Program-made: the position numbers and the translations under genes
Notes under the pieces: generated by a model
What the model saw: the letters and a program-made list of their open reading frames with translations, nothing else
Databases searched by the model: none
What the model was told of the DNA's origin: nothing
Source: Eubacteriales bacterium
Lineage (GTDB): Bacteria; Bacillota; Clostridia; Oscillospirales; CAG-272
Direction of reading: 5' to 3'
DNA: 64,000 nucleotides
NCBI GenBank assembly: GCA_045576815.1
Contig: JAZNHD010000051.1
Location: 995 to 64,994 of the forward strand
Shown: one piece after another, positions 18,859-29,025 of the stretch
Position numbering within the stretch: the first letter of the stretch is position 1
How the letters are laid out: every line of letters begins with the position of its first letter

Positions 18859-19253
18859 GGACAGAAAACACCGAAAGCATAAGGGAGCGAGTACTCTCGC
18901 TTATAGAGTCGGAGTTTGAAAGTGATGCCGCCTTTGAGCGAGAGATTGGACTTGCTGAAAAGACAGTAAATAATTGGCGGAGAGGACGCTCGGCATCGTT
19001 TATGAGAATGTTGCCAAGGCTATCCGAGATGTTCGGAGTTAATGTCGGAGAGCTACTCGACATACCGCTTCGCCGCGACACCTCCGAGCTCTCCGACGAG
19101 GAGCTTCACCTACTCCATCTTTATCGCAAGTCACGCACTCTCTCGCAAAAAATGAGAAATGCCTTGAGAGAAACCATTGAGATGACAATAAATCTTTACA
19201 TACAGACGCGTGATGAGGAAAAGGCGAGAACGAAATCACGAAAGCGCTCATAG
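18855..19253 (+). CDS. HTH (XRE-like) regulator
   Basis: EKTVNNWRRG...LSEMFGVNVGELL; LSDEELHLLHLYR. Confidence 0.75.
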   Translation: MRTENTESIRERVLSLIESEFESDAAFEREIGLAEKTVNNWRRGRSASFMRMLPRLSEMFGVNVGELLDIPLRRDTSELSDEELHLLHLYRKSRTLSQKMRNALRETIEMTINLYIQTRDEEKARTKSRKRS

Positions 19254-19292
19254 CTATTGACAAAACGGTCAAGGTCGTGTATAATATTTTCA

Positions 19293-19420
19293 TATCCCGA
19301 GCCTGTCCGATGAAGCGTGCTTCATAATTCCTAGCAGGGAAAGGCGGTGCAAATCCGCCGCAACAGCCATTGCCGTGAAGAGTCGCAGCCGACTCAAGCC
19401 GGAAGGCCTGCCGGATGGGA
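19293..19420 (+). promoter_or_regulatory. Cobalamin riboswitch
   Basis: AGGGAAaggCGGTGCAAATCCG...GCCGTGA...AGCCGGAAGGCCTGCC B12 box, downstream of TTGACA-N17-TATAAT (19257-19285). Confidence 0.88.
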
Positions 19421-19590
19421 AAAGGTAATATTCCTTGGGCAAACGAAGGAAAAACCGCGTATCAGGGCAGCGCTTAATGGGTGCTGTCCGTGTACTCGCA
19501 TGCGCCTTGCCCAAACCGACACTTCGGTAGGCAGGCGCTTTTCTCTTACTCTCCAAAGCCTTCGGGACTAAAAGAAAGGCGGAAAGAAAA

Positions 19591-20091
19591 ATGAAAAATG
19601 AAAAAATCACAAAACTTCTGGCTATACTTGTCGTTATAGCAATCGCGATTGTAGGGCTTGTATCCTGCGGTGGCAACGTCGCTTCGAGCGGCACGGCTTA
19701 TATAGTTATTGAAAACGGCGCGGGAGCCGACGAGCCCTACACCGTATACGAGGTGGAGCTCTCAAAGGTAGAGAACAAAACCGAGGGCGCTATGGCGCTG
19801 CTTGAGTATATTGCGTCGCAAAATGACAGCACGCTCTATTACAGCATTAACTGGGGCGGAGGCTACGGCGCATACGTTAACAGTATTGGTGCTCTTACTC
19901 CCGAAGGAGCAGAGTTTATTGCAGTCTATACCTCAAACGAAACGGATTTTGCAACCCCCGATGCATATATGCCGGTGGTAAGCACCGCGGAGTATAACGG
20001 TGTTACGCTTACCTATTCCGGCTTTGGAATTAGCCAGATGAATATAAAGGACGGAACGGTGGTGCTTTTCCGTCTTGAGAGCTACTCGTGA
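19591..20091 (+). CDS. Lipoprotein, putative corrinoid-binding (DUF4430-like)
   Basis: LVSC lipobox; YGAYVNSIG and GISQMNIKDG; lies under the B12 riboswitch. Confidence 0.6.
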   Translation: MKNEKITKLLAILVVIAIAIVGLVSCGGNVASSGTAYIVIENGAGADEPYTVYEVELSKVENKTEGAMALLEYIASQNDSTLYYSINWGGGYGAYVNSIGALTPEGAEFIAVYTSNETDFATPDAYMPVVSTAEYNGVTLTYSGFGISQMNIKDGTVVLFRLESYS

Positions 20092-20627
20092 TGGAGAAAA
20101 GAAAATTTTCATCGGCAAAGGCACTCGCGCTCGTCGGTATCTCGGCTGCTACCGTCGAGTGCGGTAAGCTCGTGCTTGCATCGCTTCCAAACGTTGAGGT
20201 CGTAACGCTTCTTTTAGCTCTTTACGGCTATTGCTTTGGAGCGCTCGGAGTGCTTTCTGCCGTGGTGTTCGTATGCATTGAGCCTCTTATATGGGGCTTT
20301 GGACCGTGGGTTATCACCTACATAATCTACTGGCCGCTTGTGGCACTTAGCTTCTGGCTGATTCGCACTGCAAAGCTGAAAAACAGATGGGTTATAACTG
20401 CCGCAGCGGTGATTTTGACCGTGTTTTTCGGAGTGTTTTCGTCGCTTGTTGACGTCGGACTGTTTACCGGCTTTTTCGATAGCTTTTTTGAGAGATTTGC
20501 GATATATTATGCCAGAGGAGCCGTGTTTTACGCGGTAGAGCTCGGCTGCAACGCCGTGCTTTTTCCGCTTTTGTTTCCGTTTTTGTCCGAAAAGCTTGAA
20601 ATAATGAGACAAAGAATTTACCGTTAA
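20088..20627 (+). CDS. ECF transporter S component, CbrT-like
   Basis: LPNVEVVT motif, WGFGPW, hydrophobic; riboswitch context. Confidence 0.75.
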   Translation: MMEKRKFSSAKALALVGISAATVECGKLVLASLPNVEVVTLLLALYGYCFGALGVLSAVVFVCIEPLIWGFGPWVITYIIYWPLVALSFWLIRTAKLKNRWVITAAAVILTVFFGVFSSLVDVGLFTGFFDSFFERFAIYYARGAVFYAVELGCNAVLFPLLFPFLSEKLEIMRQRIYR

Positions 20628-20747
20628 TAAGCAGGCTGTCCGACTTCAGAACTGTGTTGGACGGCCCTTATTTTAAAATATTCTTGACAACGCATAAAAA
20701 CTATGTTAGAATTAGTAAATATTAAAGCGTTTTATGGGGGTGCGCGC

Positions 20748-21776
20748 ATGAGAGGCGGAAAATCAATCGCAAGGCGCGTCGCGGCGCTCTTAATAGTGGC
20801 GGTTTTGTTTACGGCTCTCGTTTCGTGTGACGGGCCTGCTTCCGATGTGCGCGAGAGATACTTCTTTAACAAATACTTTGATACTCTGACAACGCTACAG
20901 GATTTTTCGGGTGGTGACGAGGAGGATTTTAACCGCCGAGCCACGCGGGTTGAAGAAATTTTCGACTATTACCACAAGCTCTTCGATATTTACGAGGAAT
21001 ATGATGGCATAAACAATATTGCAACACTCAACCGCCTAGCCGGCAAAGGTCCTGTTAGTGTACCCCGAGAGCTTATTGATTTTCTCCTCTTTTGTAAGGA
21101 AATGCACGAGCTTACGGGGGGAGAGGTAAACGTTGCTATGGGCGCTGTGCTTTCCATATGGCACGAGCACCGCACCGCTGAGGGAGAAAAGACACTGCCT
21201 GATATGAATGAGCTTCGTTTCGCGGCAGAGCACACGGATATAGACGACCTTGTAATTGACAGAACGGCGGGGACGGCGGAGCTTCTTGATCCCGAGATGA
21301 GACTCGACGTCGGCGCTATGGCAAAGGGTTATGCCGTTGAGCGAGCCGCAGAGTATCTTTATTCTGATAGGGCCGACGGCTTCGTTATCAATGCCGGGGG
21401 AAACCTGAGAACGATTGGGAAAAAGCCCGACGGCACCGAATGGAAGAGCGCTGTAAGAAACCCTGACCTATCTGACTATGAAAACAGGTACGTCTATTCA
21501 TTCTTTTTCTCTGACGGCTCGGCGGTGACCTCGGGAGATTACGAGAGGTTTTTCGTCGTTGACGGAGTGAGGTATCACCACATAATCGACGGTGACACTC
21601 TGATGCCTTCGGCACACTTTTCGTCGGTTACGGTTATAACGGCTGACAGCGGAGTTGCCGACGCGCTTACGACAGCGCTTTTTAATATGGATTATCCGTC
21701 CGGCAAGGCTCTTATAGAGTCTCTTGACGGTACACGCGCCGTTTGGATAACCAGAACGGGCGAGATACTTGAATAA
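20748..21776 (+). CDS. apbE: FAD:protein FMN transferase lipoprotein
   Basis: LDVGAMAKGY, NAGGN, TSGDYER, HHIID, ADALTTA. Confidence 0.92.
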   Translation: MRGGKSIARRVAALLIVAVLFTALVSCDGPASDVRERYFFNKYFDTLTTLQDFSGGDEEDFNRRATRVEEIFDYYHKLFDIYEEYDGINNIATLNRLAGKGPVSVPRELIDFLLFCKEMHELTGGEVNVAMGAVLSIWHEHRTAEGEKTLPDMNELRFAAEHTDIDDLVIDRTAGTAELLDPEMRLDVGAMAKGYAVERAAEYLYSDRADGFVINAGGNLRTIGKKPDGTEWKSAVRNPDLSDYENRYVYSFFFSDGSAVTSGDYERFFVVDGVRYHHIIDGDTLMPSAHFSSVTVITADSGVADALTTALFNMDYPSGKALIESLDGTRAVWITRTGEILE

Positions 21777-21796
21777 AATCGAAAGGACGAAAGAAA

Positions 21797-22276
21797 ATGG
21801 AAAAAATGTTAGCGCTTATGGAGTCCGATGCCACGCTTACTCCGAAGGAGATTGCTCTCATGATGGGAAAGGAAGAGGGCGACGTTAAGAAAATGATTGA
21901 GCGCCTTGAGCGTGATGGTGTTATCCTCGGCAGACAGACTGTTATAGATTGGGATAAGACCGATCGCGAATATGTAGACGCGCTTATTGAGGTTAAGGTT
22001 ATGCCTCAGCACGACGACGGCTTCGACAGAATTGCTGAGAAGCTGCTTGCGTATCCCGAAATAAAGGGACTATATCTTATGTCAGGCGGATTTGATTTTA
22101 CCGTTCTCATTGAGGGTAAGACCATGCGAGAGGTGGCATATTTCGTTGCCAGAAAGCTTGCCCCGGTTGAGTTCGTTACCTCGACTGCTACTCATTTCGT
22201 TCTCAAAAAATACAAGGATAAGGGCGTAATTTATAAGGCGACCGAGGAAGACGCAAGGGGTAATCTGATATTATGA
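21797..22276 (+). CDS. Lrp/AsnC family regulator (AlaR/YugG-like)
   Basis: YLMSGGFD; TATHFVLKKYK. Confidence 0.88.
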   Translation: MEKMLALMESDATLTPKEIALMMGKEEGDVKKMIERLERDGVILGRQTVIDWDKTDREYVDALIEVKVMPQHDDGFDRIAEKLLAYPEIKGLYLMSGGFDFTVLIEGKTMREVAYFVARKLAPVEFVTSTATHFVLKKYKDKGVIYKATEEDARGNLIL

Positions 22277-23442
22277 TGGATTATAAGAAGCTGCTTTCAA
22301 GCACTCTTGTCGATATAAAGCCGTCGGGAATACGAAAGTTTTTTAATATGCTATCTGAGATGACCGACGTTACGGCGCTTACAGTGGGCCAGCCGGACTT
22401 TGTCACTCCGTGGCATATAAGAGAGGCGGCTATAGATTCGCTTGAAAAGGGAAAAACGTATTATACCTCGAACGCAGGCACGGTAGAGCTGCGCTCGGAG
22501 ATATCTAAATATATGGAGCGCCGCTTCGCGCTTAAGTATTCGGCCGACGACGAGATTTTCGTTACCGTCGGCGGTAGCGAAGCGATTGATATCGCCATTC
22601 GCGCGGTTGTTAACCCCGGGGATGAGGTCATAGTGCCTATGCCGTCGTTCGTTTGCTACGAGCCCATCGCAAGAATGGCGGGAGCAAATGTCGTTACTAT
22701 TGAAACCCGTGCGGAAAACGAGTTTAAGCTCACTGCCGACGAGCTTCGTGCGGCAATAACTCCGAAAACGAAGCTGCTTGTGCTCCCTTTCCCGAACAAT
22801 CCAACGGGTGCGGTCATGGAAAGAGATGATCTTGAAAAAATCGCCGAGGTTCTCCGCGGCACCGATATTCTCGTCTTATCCGACGAGATATACGCAGAGC
22901 TTACTTATACCGGCGCGCACGTCTCGCTTGCGAACATTCCGGATATGTGGGAGCGTACCATCATCGTCTCTGGCTTCTCCAAGACGTATGCTATGACCGG
23001 CTGGCGACTTGGCTACCTTCTTGCCCCGGCGCCACTTCTTTCTGAGATGCTAAAGCTCCATCAGTACGCAATAATGTGTGCGCCTACGGTGTCACAGTTT
23101 GCGGCAGTCGAGGCACTTCGTGCAGGAGACTCTGATATAGAAATGATGAAGGCCGAGTATAACCGTCGCCGTACACTTATTTACGAGGGGCTTCGTGACA
23201 TTGGAATTGAATGCTTTGAGCCTCGCGGTGCGTTTTATATATTCCCTAAAATCGGGAAGTTCGGGCTTTCGAGCGAGGAGTTTTGCGAGAGGCTTCTTTA
23301 CGAGCACAGGTGTGCCATAGTGCCGGGAACAGCCTTTGGAAAGGGCGGAGAGGGCTTTGCAAGAATTTCATATGCATATTCTGTAAAGCATATAAAGGTC
23401 GCTCTTGAAAAAATCAAAGAATTCGTGGAAACGCTCAAATAA
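22273..23442 (+). CDS. Class I/II aminotransferase (AlaT/YugH-like)
   Basis: PSGIRKFF, PNNPTG, SDEIY, SKTYAMTGWRLG. Confidence 0.9.
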   Translation: MMDYKKLLSSTLVDIKPSGIRKFFNMLSEMTDVTALTVGQPDFVTPWHIREAAIDSLEKGKTYYTSNAGTVELRSEISKYMERRFALKYSADDEIFVTVGGSEAIDIAIRAVVNPGDEVIVPMPSFVCYEPIARMAGANVVTIETRAENEFKLTADELRAAITPKTKLLVLPFPNNPTGAVMERDDLEKIAEVLRGTDILVLSDEIYAELTYTGAHVSLANIPDMWERTIIVSGFSKTYAMTGWRLGYLLAPAPLLSEMLKLHQYAIMCAPTVSQFAAVEALRAGDSDIEMMKAEYNRRRTLIYEGLRDIGIECFEPRGAFYIFPKIGKFGLSSEEFCERLLYEHRCAIVPGTAFGKGGEGFARISYAYSVKHIKVALEKIKEFVETLK

Positions 23443-23459
23443 GCAAACAAATATTTGCA

Positions 23460-23497
23460 AAACCACCCGTCAAGCAATCCTTGACGGGTGGTTTCTT
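23460..23497. terminator. Bidirectional terminator
   Basis: aaaccacccgtcaag...cttgacgggtggttt. Confidence 0.8.
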
Positions 23498-25905
23498 TAT
23501 AGCTTTTCAATTTTCAAAACGATGACGCTCATGTCGTCGCGACAGCGTGTGTGGGCCTTGGCTTCTTTAAGTATCAGGTCTGCGTATGCTCTTGGCTCGG
23601 TCGGCGCAGGCCTTGAGAGCAGCTCGAGCAGCCAGGGTGCATCCTCTGCGGATTGGCAGATGCCGTCGGAAAGCATAATTACAAAATCCTCACCTTTTAC
23701 CTCAACCGCTATTCTTTCGGTATCTATTTTTTTCATAAGGCCTATCGGTGCCGTCTGGGAGCGCAGACGGAAAATTGACGAGCCGCGCTTTACAAAGGAT
23801 GGAGCGGCACCGCTTTTTAAGAAGATTGTAGAGCCATTTATTAAATCAAATTCAAAAAGGTCGACAGAGGCAGAGCACTCCTCTCCTCTGCGCCTTATTG
23901 CTTCGCTGAGCAGTGCTAACACGGTTTCCTTCGTAGCCCCGTGAGAGAGAGCCTTCTCTATGAAGCTTGCTGCAAATGAGGAGGTTTCCTTTGCTACCTC
24001 GCCTCTTCCCATTCCGTCGGATATGAGAGCGTAGAAGCGGTCATCGCAAGACTCAAATACGCTTACGGTATCACCGGACACCTCGTCCCCCTCGCCGGCA
24101 GTAAGGGCGGAGGCGCACAGAATTCTATACGAGCGCGCCGCTCCGCACTCAAGCAACGCCATCTTTCCTCGCTTGAAGAATTCAGGCACACCGAGCCTTA
24201 TACCTAGTCTGGACTCGATATCCTCTCTGAGCTTTCTTGAGGCTATCCTATCACCGCTATCGTCCTCTGCCGCTATTATGACGTGCGGCCGCCTTTCGCC
24301 AAAAACCCGAGCCACTCCGTCAGATAGACCGTTTGCCTTCAAGGTGTCCGACAGTAATTCGGATAGAGTAGGATTGTGTGCGGTTTCTCTTTCGTCGGAG
24401 AGGCGAGATTCGTTTATCAGCTTTGAGATGAGCTCGTATTCGTCAGCCGATGAGCTGCGTTCGCTGATTTTGTATTTTTCGCGCTCCGCCTCTGCGACGC
24501 GCTTCCCGATTCTCTCAGCAAGGGACTGTGCGCAGTGGCAAAACTCGTCCTCGCCGTTCATATCCTCTGACGTAAGGCGCTCACCCCTCAGGAGCTTACT
24601 TGCAATTTTTTTGACACCCTTTTGGGCGGGAAAAATATTCTCCTTTTCGCAAAGTGTCCTCTCGGTGCAGGTCGAACACTGCTCGTTTGCCGTATCAATA
24701 ATTATAGCCTCGTATTCCTCAGCGGATAGCGATGCTCGTTCGCCGGCAAAGCCTCTTACTATTCCGCCGAGCGAGGATAGAGATTCCTCAAGCGCGAGAA
24801 GGCCGCCGCGGTATTTGTTTTTGTAATTAAGAGCCACCGTGCCGACCATATCCTTTGCGTTGTCACCGCATTTTTCCGCTTCTCCATCACTCATCTCCGT
24901 AGAGAGGTTTTTCAAGAGAGGTGCGACGAGCGTCGCTGCTATCGCATATTCCGGAAGAGTGGATACAAATCCGAGAACTCCGCCCGAGTATGCGCTCCAA
25001 GCCGAGAGTGCCGCACCGCCGCCGACAAGGGCGTAAAGCGGTCCGAGACCGAAAAGAAGACCGGATGAAAGCCCTGCAAGAGCAAAGGATACTGCGTACG
25101 AGCCCGACACTCCGAGTGAGGATACAAAGCCAACCGCAAGAGCGCGCGCTGCGCCGAACCTCCTTGCTACAAGCAGCGTTATAAGAGAGACGAAAACATA
25201 GGCGAGATTTATCCCGAAAAGCTCAAAGGAAGCGAGGGACATCGTGAGGAGCAAGAGAGAGAAGAGCGCTGAGCCTTGAAAGAAAAGGAGCTTATACTTC
25301 TTGGCCTCGTCAACACCGGAAAGTGAAAAAATAGGCCGTTTTTCATAAAGCAACTCGCTAACACCTATTTCTGAGCCAAAAACACCCGAGAAAACGAACA
25401 CGAGCGCCGGCGGCACAAGGACCATTGTTGCGCCAAAAAGCACTCCCTCGACAGTGAAGCCGGATAAAAGCAGCTCGTATGCTGCCGTTATAAAGCCACC
25501 GATAATCGCGGCAGAGGCACGCAAAAGATAACCTTCACCAAAAAGCCTTGCCGCCCCCTTTTTATCAGCACCCGATGTTATTATCCGAAGAAAAACTGTC
25601 AGAAGAGACGTGACTCCGTAAATTATACCGTCAGCCCCAAGAGTCAGAGAGCCGAGAGCGGCACCGATAAGCGCGGAGAATACTCGCGTAGGAAGAGCCG
25701 CTACAAACGCAATACCTATCGGATAAGCACCAAAGATGAAGTGACATCTTGCGAATAGGAGGGCGACGGTCAGCGAGGCAAGCTCATATAAAAGCCCACC
25801 GCCTCTTTCGGTACGTAGGCCCTTTGTCAATGAGCCGAATTTTTCAAAAATACCGGGGCGTCTTTCCTCGGTGCGCTCGGTTGTTTTTTCCGTTGTTTTG
25901 TTCAT
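23497..25905 (-). CDS. spoIIE: Stage II sporulation protein E (PP2C phosphatase)
   Basis: Multi-TM N-terminus, CxxCxxxxxC, VSGD, ISDGMG, KSGAAPSF, SDGI, DDMS. Confidence 0.85.
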   Translation of the reverse strand: MNKTTEKTTERTEERRPGIFEKFGSLTKGLRTERGGGLLYELASLTVALLFARCHFIFGAYPIGIAFVAALPTRVFSALIGAALGSLTLGADGIIYGVTSLLTVFLRIITSGADKKGAARLFGEGYLLRASAAIIGGFITAAYELLLSGFTVEGVLFGATMVLVPPALVFVFSGVFGSEIGVSELLYEKRPIFSLSGVDEAKKYKLLFFQGSALFSLLLLTMSLASFELFGINLAYVFVSLITLLVARRFGAARALAVGFVSSLGVSGSYAVSFALAGLSSGLLFGLGPLYALVGGGAALSAWSAYSGGVLGFVSTLPEYAIAATLVAPLLKNLSTEMSDGEAEKCGDNAKDMVGTVALNYKNKYRGGLLALEESLSSLGGIVRGFAGERASLSAEEYEAIIIDTANEQCSTCTERTLCEKENIFPAQKGVKKIASKLLRGERLTSEDMNGEDEFCHCAQSLAERIGKRVAEAEREKYKISERSSSADEYELISKLINESRLSDERETAHNPTLSELLSDTLKANGLSDGVARVFGERRPHVIIAAEDDSGDRIASRKLREDIESRLGIRLGVPEFFKRGKMALLECGAARSYRILCASALTAGEGDEVSGDTVSVFESCDDRFYALISDGMGRGEVAKETSSFAASFIEKALSHGATKETVLALLSEAIRRRGEECSASVDLFEFDLINGSTIFLKSGAAPSFVKRGSSIFRLRSQTAPIGLMKKIDTERIAVEVKGEDFVIMLSDGICQSAEDAPWLLELLSRPAPTEPRAYADLILKEAKAHTRCRDDMSVIVLKIEKL

Positions 25906-25964
25906 ACTGATTTCCCTTTCAAAGAGGATATATGAGTATTCTAATACAGACCTGAAAAGAAAAA

Positions 25965-26005
25965 GGTCGAAGTCGGTCTGTCGCAAAGTCAACTCGTCTG
26001 TCGAG
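25965..26005. promoter_or_regulatory. Putative Spo0A boxes
   Basis: GGTCGAA, TGTCGCA and TGTCGAG (consensus TGNCGAA) clustered upstream of spoIIE. Confidence 0.45.
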
Positions 26006-26162
26006 AGGGAAAGAATTTTTCGTAAATTTTCACACGGGTAGGTCTTTTTGTCCGCTTTTTTCGGAATTTGCGAAAAGTTTACGGAATAAAAAGGCCGCCT
26101 TTTGAGTACAATTTGCAATTTCGTAAAAAAAGGAAGCATCCGTACAGGATGCTTCCTTTTCA

Positions 26163-27521
26163 TCAGTTTTTAAGCGAGTGTATCGGTGCCGGAATTCTTC
26201 CGCCGCGCTCAACAAACGCCTTGCAGGATTCCTTATGAACCGGCATTATAGGTGCATAGCCGAGAAGACCGCCAAACTCGGCAGATTCACCGACGCCCTT
26301 GCCCCATACGGGGATAACGCGTACTGCAGTGGTTTTCGTATTAACGACACCTATCGCGATTTCATCGGCAATAATTCCGGAGATGGTAGAGGCGTCGGTG
26401 TCGCCGGGAATTGCAATCATGTCAAGTCCGACGGAACATACCGCGGTCATAGCTTCGAGCTTTTCAAGGGTGAGAACACCCAGCTCTGCCGCCTCAATCA
26501 TTCCTCTGTCCTCAGACACGGGAATAAATGCGCCCGAAAGGCCTCCAACGTGGCTTGATGCCATAACACCGCCTTTTTTCACCGCGTCGTTGAGGAGTGC
26601 GAGAGCTGCCGTTGTGCCGTGCGTGCCGCAACGCTCGAGGCCCATGTTTTCAAGTATCTCGGCAACCGAGTCACCTGCCGCAGGTGTGGGAGCAAGCGAG
26701 AGGTCGACTATGCCGTAGGGAGTGCCGAGCCTTCTCGCAGCCTCGGAGGCGATAAGCTGTCCGACTCTCGTGATTTTGAAGGCTATCTTCTTTACCGTGT
26801 CGGCAAGGGCAGAGAAGTCGCAGCTTCCTGCCTCTTTGATTGCCGCAGCAACGACACCGGGGCCGCTTACACCGACGTTAATGACCGTGTCGGGCTCACC
26901 CATTCCGTGAACCGCACCCGCCATAAAGGGGTTGTCCTCGGGAATGTTCGCAAATACCACAAGCTTTGCACAGCCGATAGAGTCGTTGTCCTTTGTGAGA
27001 TATGCGGTTTCCTTGATAATTTCGCCCATGCGCCGTACGGCATCCATATTGATGCCTGCCTTGGTCGTAGCAACGTTTACCGAGGAGCAGATGCGGGTGG
27101 TCTCAGATAGTGCCTCGGGAATAGCCTCTATAAGATTTTCGGCTCCGCGGATAGCACCCTTTTGCACGTGGGCGGAAAATCCGCCGATGAAGTTTACTCC
27201 AAGCTCGCCTGCCGCACGCTCAAGCACCTTGGCAAGTCTGACAAAGCCCGAAGGTGAAAGTCCTGCGCCAATATAAGATATAGGCGTTACGGATATGCGC
27301 TTATTTACAATTGGAATACCGTAGGTGCGCTCAAGCTCCTCGCATACCGATACGAGATTTTTTGCAGAGTTGGTGATTTTTTCGTATATCTTCTCTTCGA
27401 GGCGTGTGGGGTCGTCGGATATGCAATCGAAAAGGGATATACCCATAGTAACCGTTCTGATATCGAGGTTTTCCTCGCGTATCATACGTATAGTTTCGAG
27501 AATGTCGGTCGTATTAAGCAT
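26163..27521 (-). CDS. PFL family protein (UPF0210/DUF711)
   Basis: [34 protein letters not shown]. Confidence 0.9.
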   Translation of the reverse strand: MLNTTDILETIRMIREENLDIRTVTMGISLFDCISDDPTRLEEKIYEKITNSAKNLVSVCEELERTYGIPIVNKRISVTPISYIGAGLSPSGFVRLAKVLERAAGELGVNFIGGFSAHVQKGAIRGAENLIEAIPEALSETTRICSSVNVATTKAGINMDAVRRMGEIIKETAYLTKDNDSIGCAKLVVFANIPEDNPFMAGAVHGMGEPDTVINVGVSGPGVVAAAIKEAGSCDFSALADTVKKIAFKITRVGQLIASEAARRLGTPYGIVDLSLAPTPAAGDSVAEILENMGLERCGTHGTTAALALLNDAVKKGGVMASSHVGGLSGAFIPVSEDRGMIEAAELGVLTLEKLEAMTAVCSVGLDMIAIPGDTDASTISGIIADEIAIGVVNTKTTAVRVIPVWGKGVGESAEFGGLLGYAPIMPVHKESCKAFVERGGRIPAPIHSLKN

Positions 27522-27533
27522 CAGGGCGCTCCT

Positions 27534-27803
27534 TTATATCTTGTGCATTGAGTTGAAGATATCCTCGTGCATTATACGGATATCAACGCCGTTTTCGTCG
27601 CCGATTTTCTTCATCTCGTCGGAGAACTTCGAAAAATCAACTCGGAGACCGTCTATCTCGACGAGCATAATCATAGTGAAATATTCCTTCATTACCGTCT
27701 GGCTTATGTCAATGATGTTTACCCCGTATTTTGCACACTCTGTGCTTGCCATGGCGATAATTCCAACCTTATCCTTGCCTATAACCGTTATAACAGCCTT
27801 CAT
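27534..27803 (-). CDS. ACT domain protein (UPF0237)
   Basis: ITVIGKDKVGIIA, DISQT, HEDIFNSMH. Confidence 0.9.
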   Translation of the reverse strand: MKAVITVIGKDKVGIIAMASTECAKYGVNIIDISQTVMKEYFTMIMLVEIDGLRVDFSKFSDEMKKIGDENGVDIRIMHEDIFNSMHKI

Positions 27804-27930
27804 AGCCTTCTCCTCGTCTTGTGGTTTTGAGTGTATTTTATCATATTTTCCCGATATTTACAAGGGCTTTGCTTGAAATTCTTATGTTTTTATGTTAAAA
27901 TAAAAGAGCAAGATGTTTCCGGAGGATCTT

Positions 27931-28818
27931 ATGAAAAACGGTGTAGTGATAATAAATAAAGAAGCGGGCATGACCTCGCAGACGGTCGTTAACTGCGTGA
28001 AGCGCCTTTTCGGTGTTGATAAGGCAGGGCATACCGGCACGCTTGACCCCATGGCGACGGGAGTATTGCCCGTGCTTGTCGGTCGGGCGGTAAAGGCGAG
28101 TGAGTTTATGCTCACCGATGATAAGCATTACGTGGCAACACTCACACTTGGTGTAACCACCGACACCGAGGACGTGACGGGCAAGGTTTTGTCGACCGCA
28201 TTACACCTGCCGAGTGAAGAGGAGGCGCTTTCTGCAATAAATAGCTTCGTCGGAGAATATATGCAAACACCGCCTATGTATTCGGCGCTTAAGGTCGGAG
28301 GAAAAAAGCTCTATGAGCTTGCAAGACGCGGAGAGGTTATAGAGAGGGAGGCAAGATTGGTAAAGATATACTCGATTGCCGCATCTAAAATCGACGAAAA
28401 AAACTACAGGCTCGACGTGCACTGCTCGAAGGGTACGTATATCCGTACGCTGTGTGCCGACATAGGTAAGAAAATAGGAGTCGGCGGCGCTATGGCAAGT
28501 CTTCTGCGCGCCGAGGCGGCGGGATATACGCTCACCGATGCTTACACCCTCGGTGAGCTTGAGGCTATGAGTTTGGAGAAGAGGGAGGAAAAGGTCTTTC
28601 CAACAGAGCATATTTTCAGAGAGCTCCCTGCCGTTACGCTCACCGATTTCTTTTCAAGGCTTGCGAGGTCGGGGCTTGAAATTTATCAGAAAAAAATAGG
28701 CACTTCTTATGATACCGGCACCCGTGTTGCGTTTTTTGATAAAAACGGTTTTTTCTCGGTAGGAGAGGTGCGCGAGTATGAGGGCGGCAGCGCCATAAAG
28801 CCGATACGGCAATTTTAG
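27931..28818 (+). CDS. truB: tRNA pseudouridine(55) synthase
   Basis: GHTGTLDPMATG; CSKGTYIRTL. Confidence 0.95.
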   Translation: MKNGVVIINKEAGMTSQTVVNCVKRLFGVDKAGHTGTLDPMATGVLPVLVGRAVKASEFMLTDDKHYVATLTLGVTTDTEDVTGKVLSTALHLPSEEEALSAINSFVGEYMQTPPMYSALKVGGKKLYELARRGEVIEREARLVKIYSIAASKIDEKNYRLDVHCSKGTYIRTLCADIGKKIGVGGAMASLLRAEAAGYTLTDAYTLGELEAMSLEKREEKVFPTEHIFRELPAVTLTDFFSRLARSGLEIYQKKIGTSYDTGTRVAFFDKNGFFSVGEVREYEGGSAIKPIRQF

Positions 28819-29025
28819 AGCTTTTACACATAAACAAACAAATTTTTACATGTTTTTCCATTTTGTGTTTACAAATTAGGAAAAAGTGTCAAATAAAGGA
28901 CAGAAAACCACAAATTTCTGTTGCATAATGCGCTCGCGTGCGATAAAATAAAGGAAGTAGTGCGCGAGCGCTTTTTGCGCATTCGCGTGGTGTGATTAAA
29001 TACACAAAACAAAACAGAGGTTTTT

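Noticed and set aside
25906..26163. N-terminal extension of spoIIE in the ORF track
   Set aside because: It spans a terminator and promoter; the RBS supports ATG 25905
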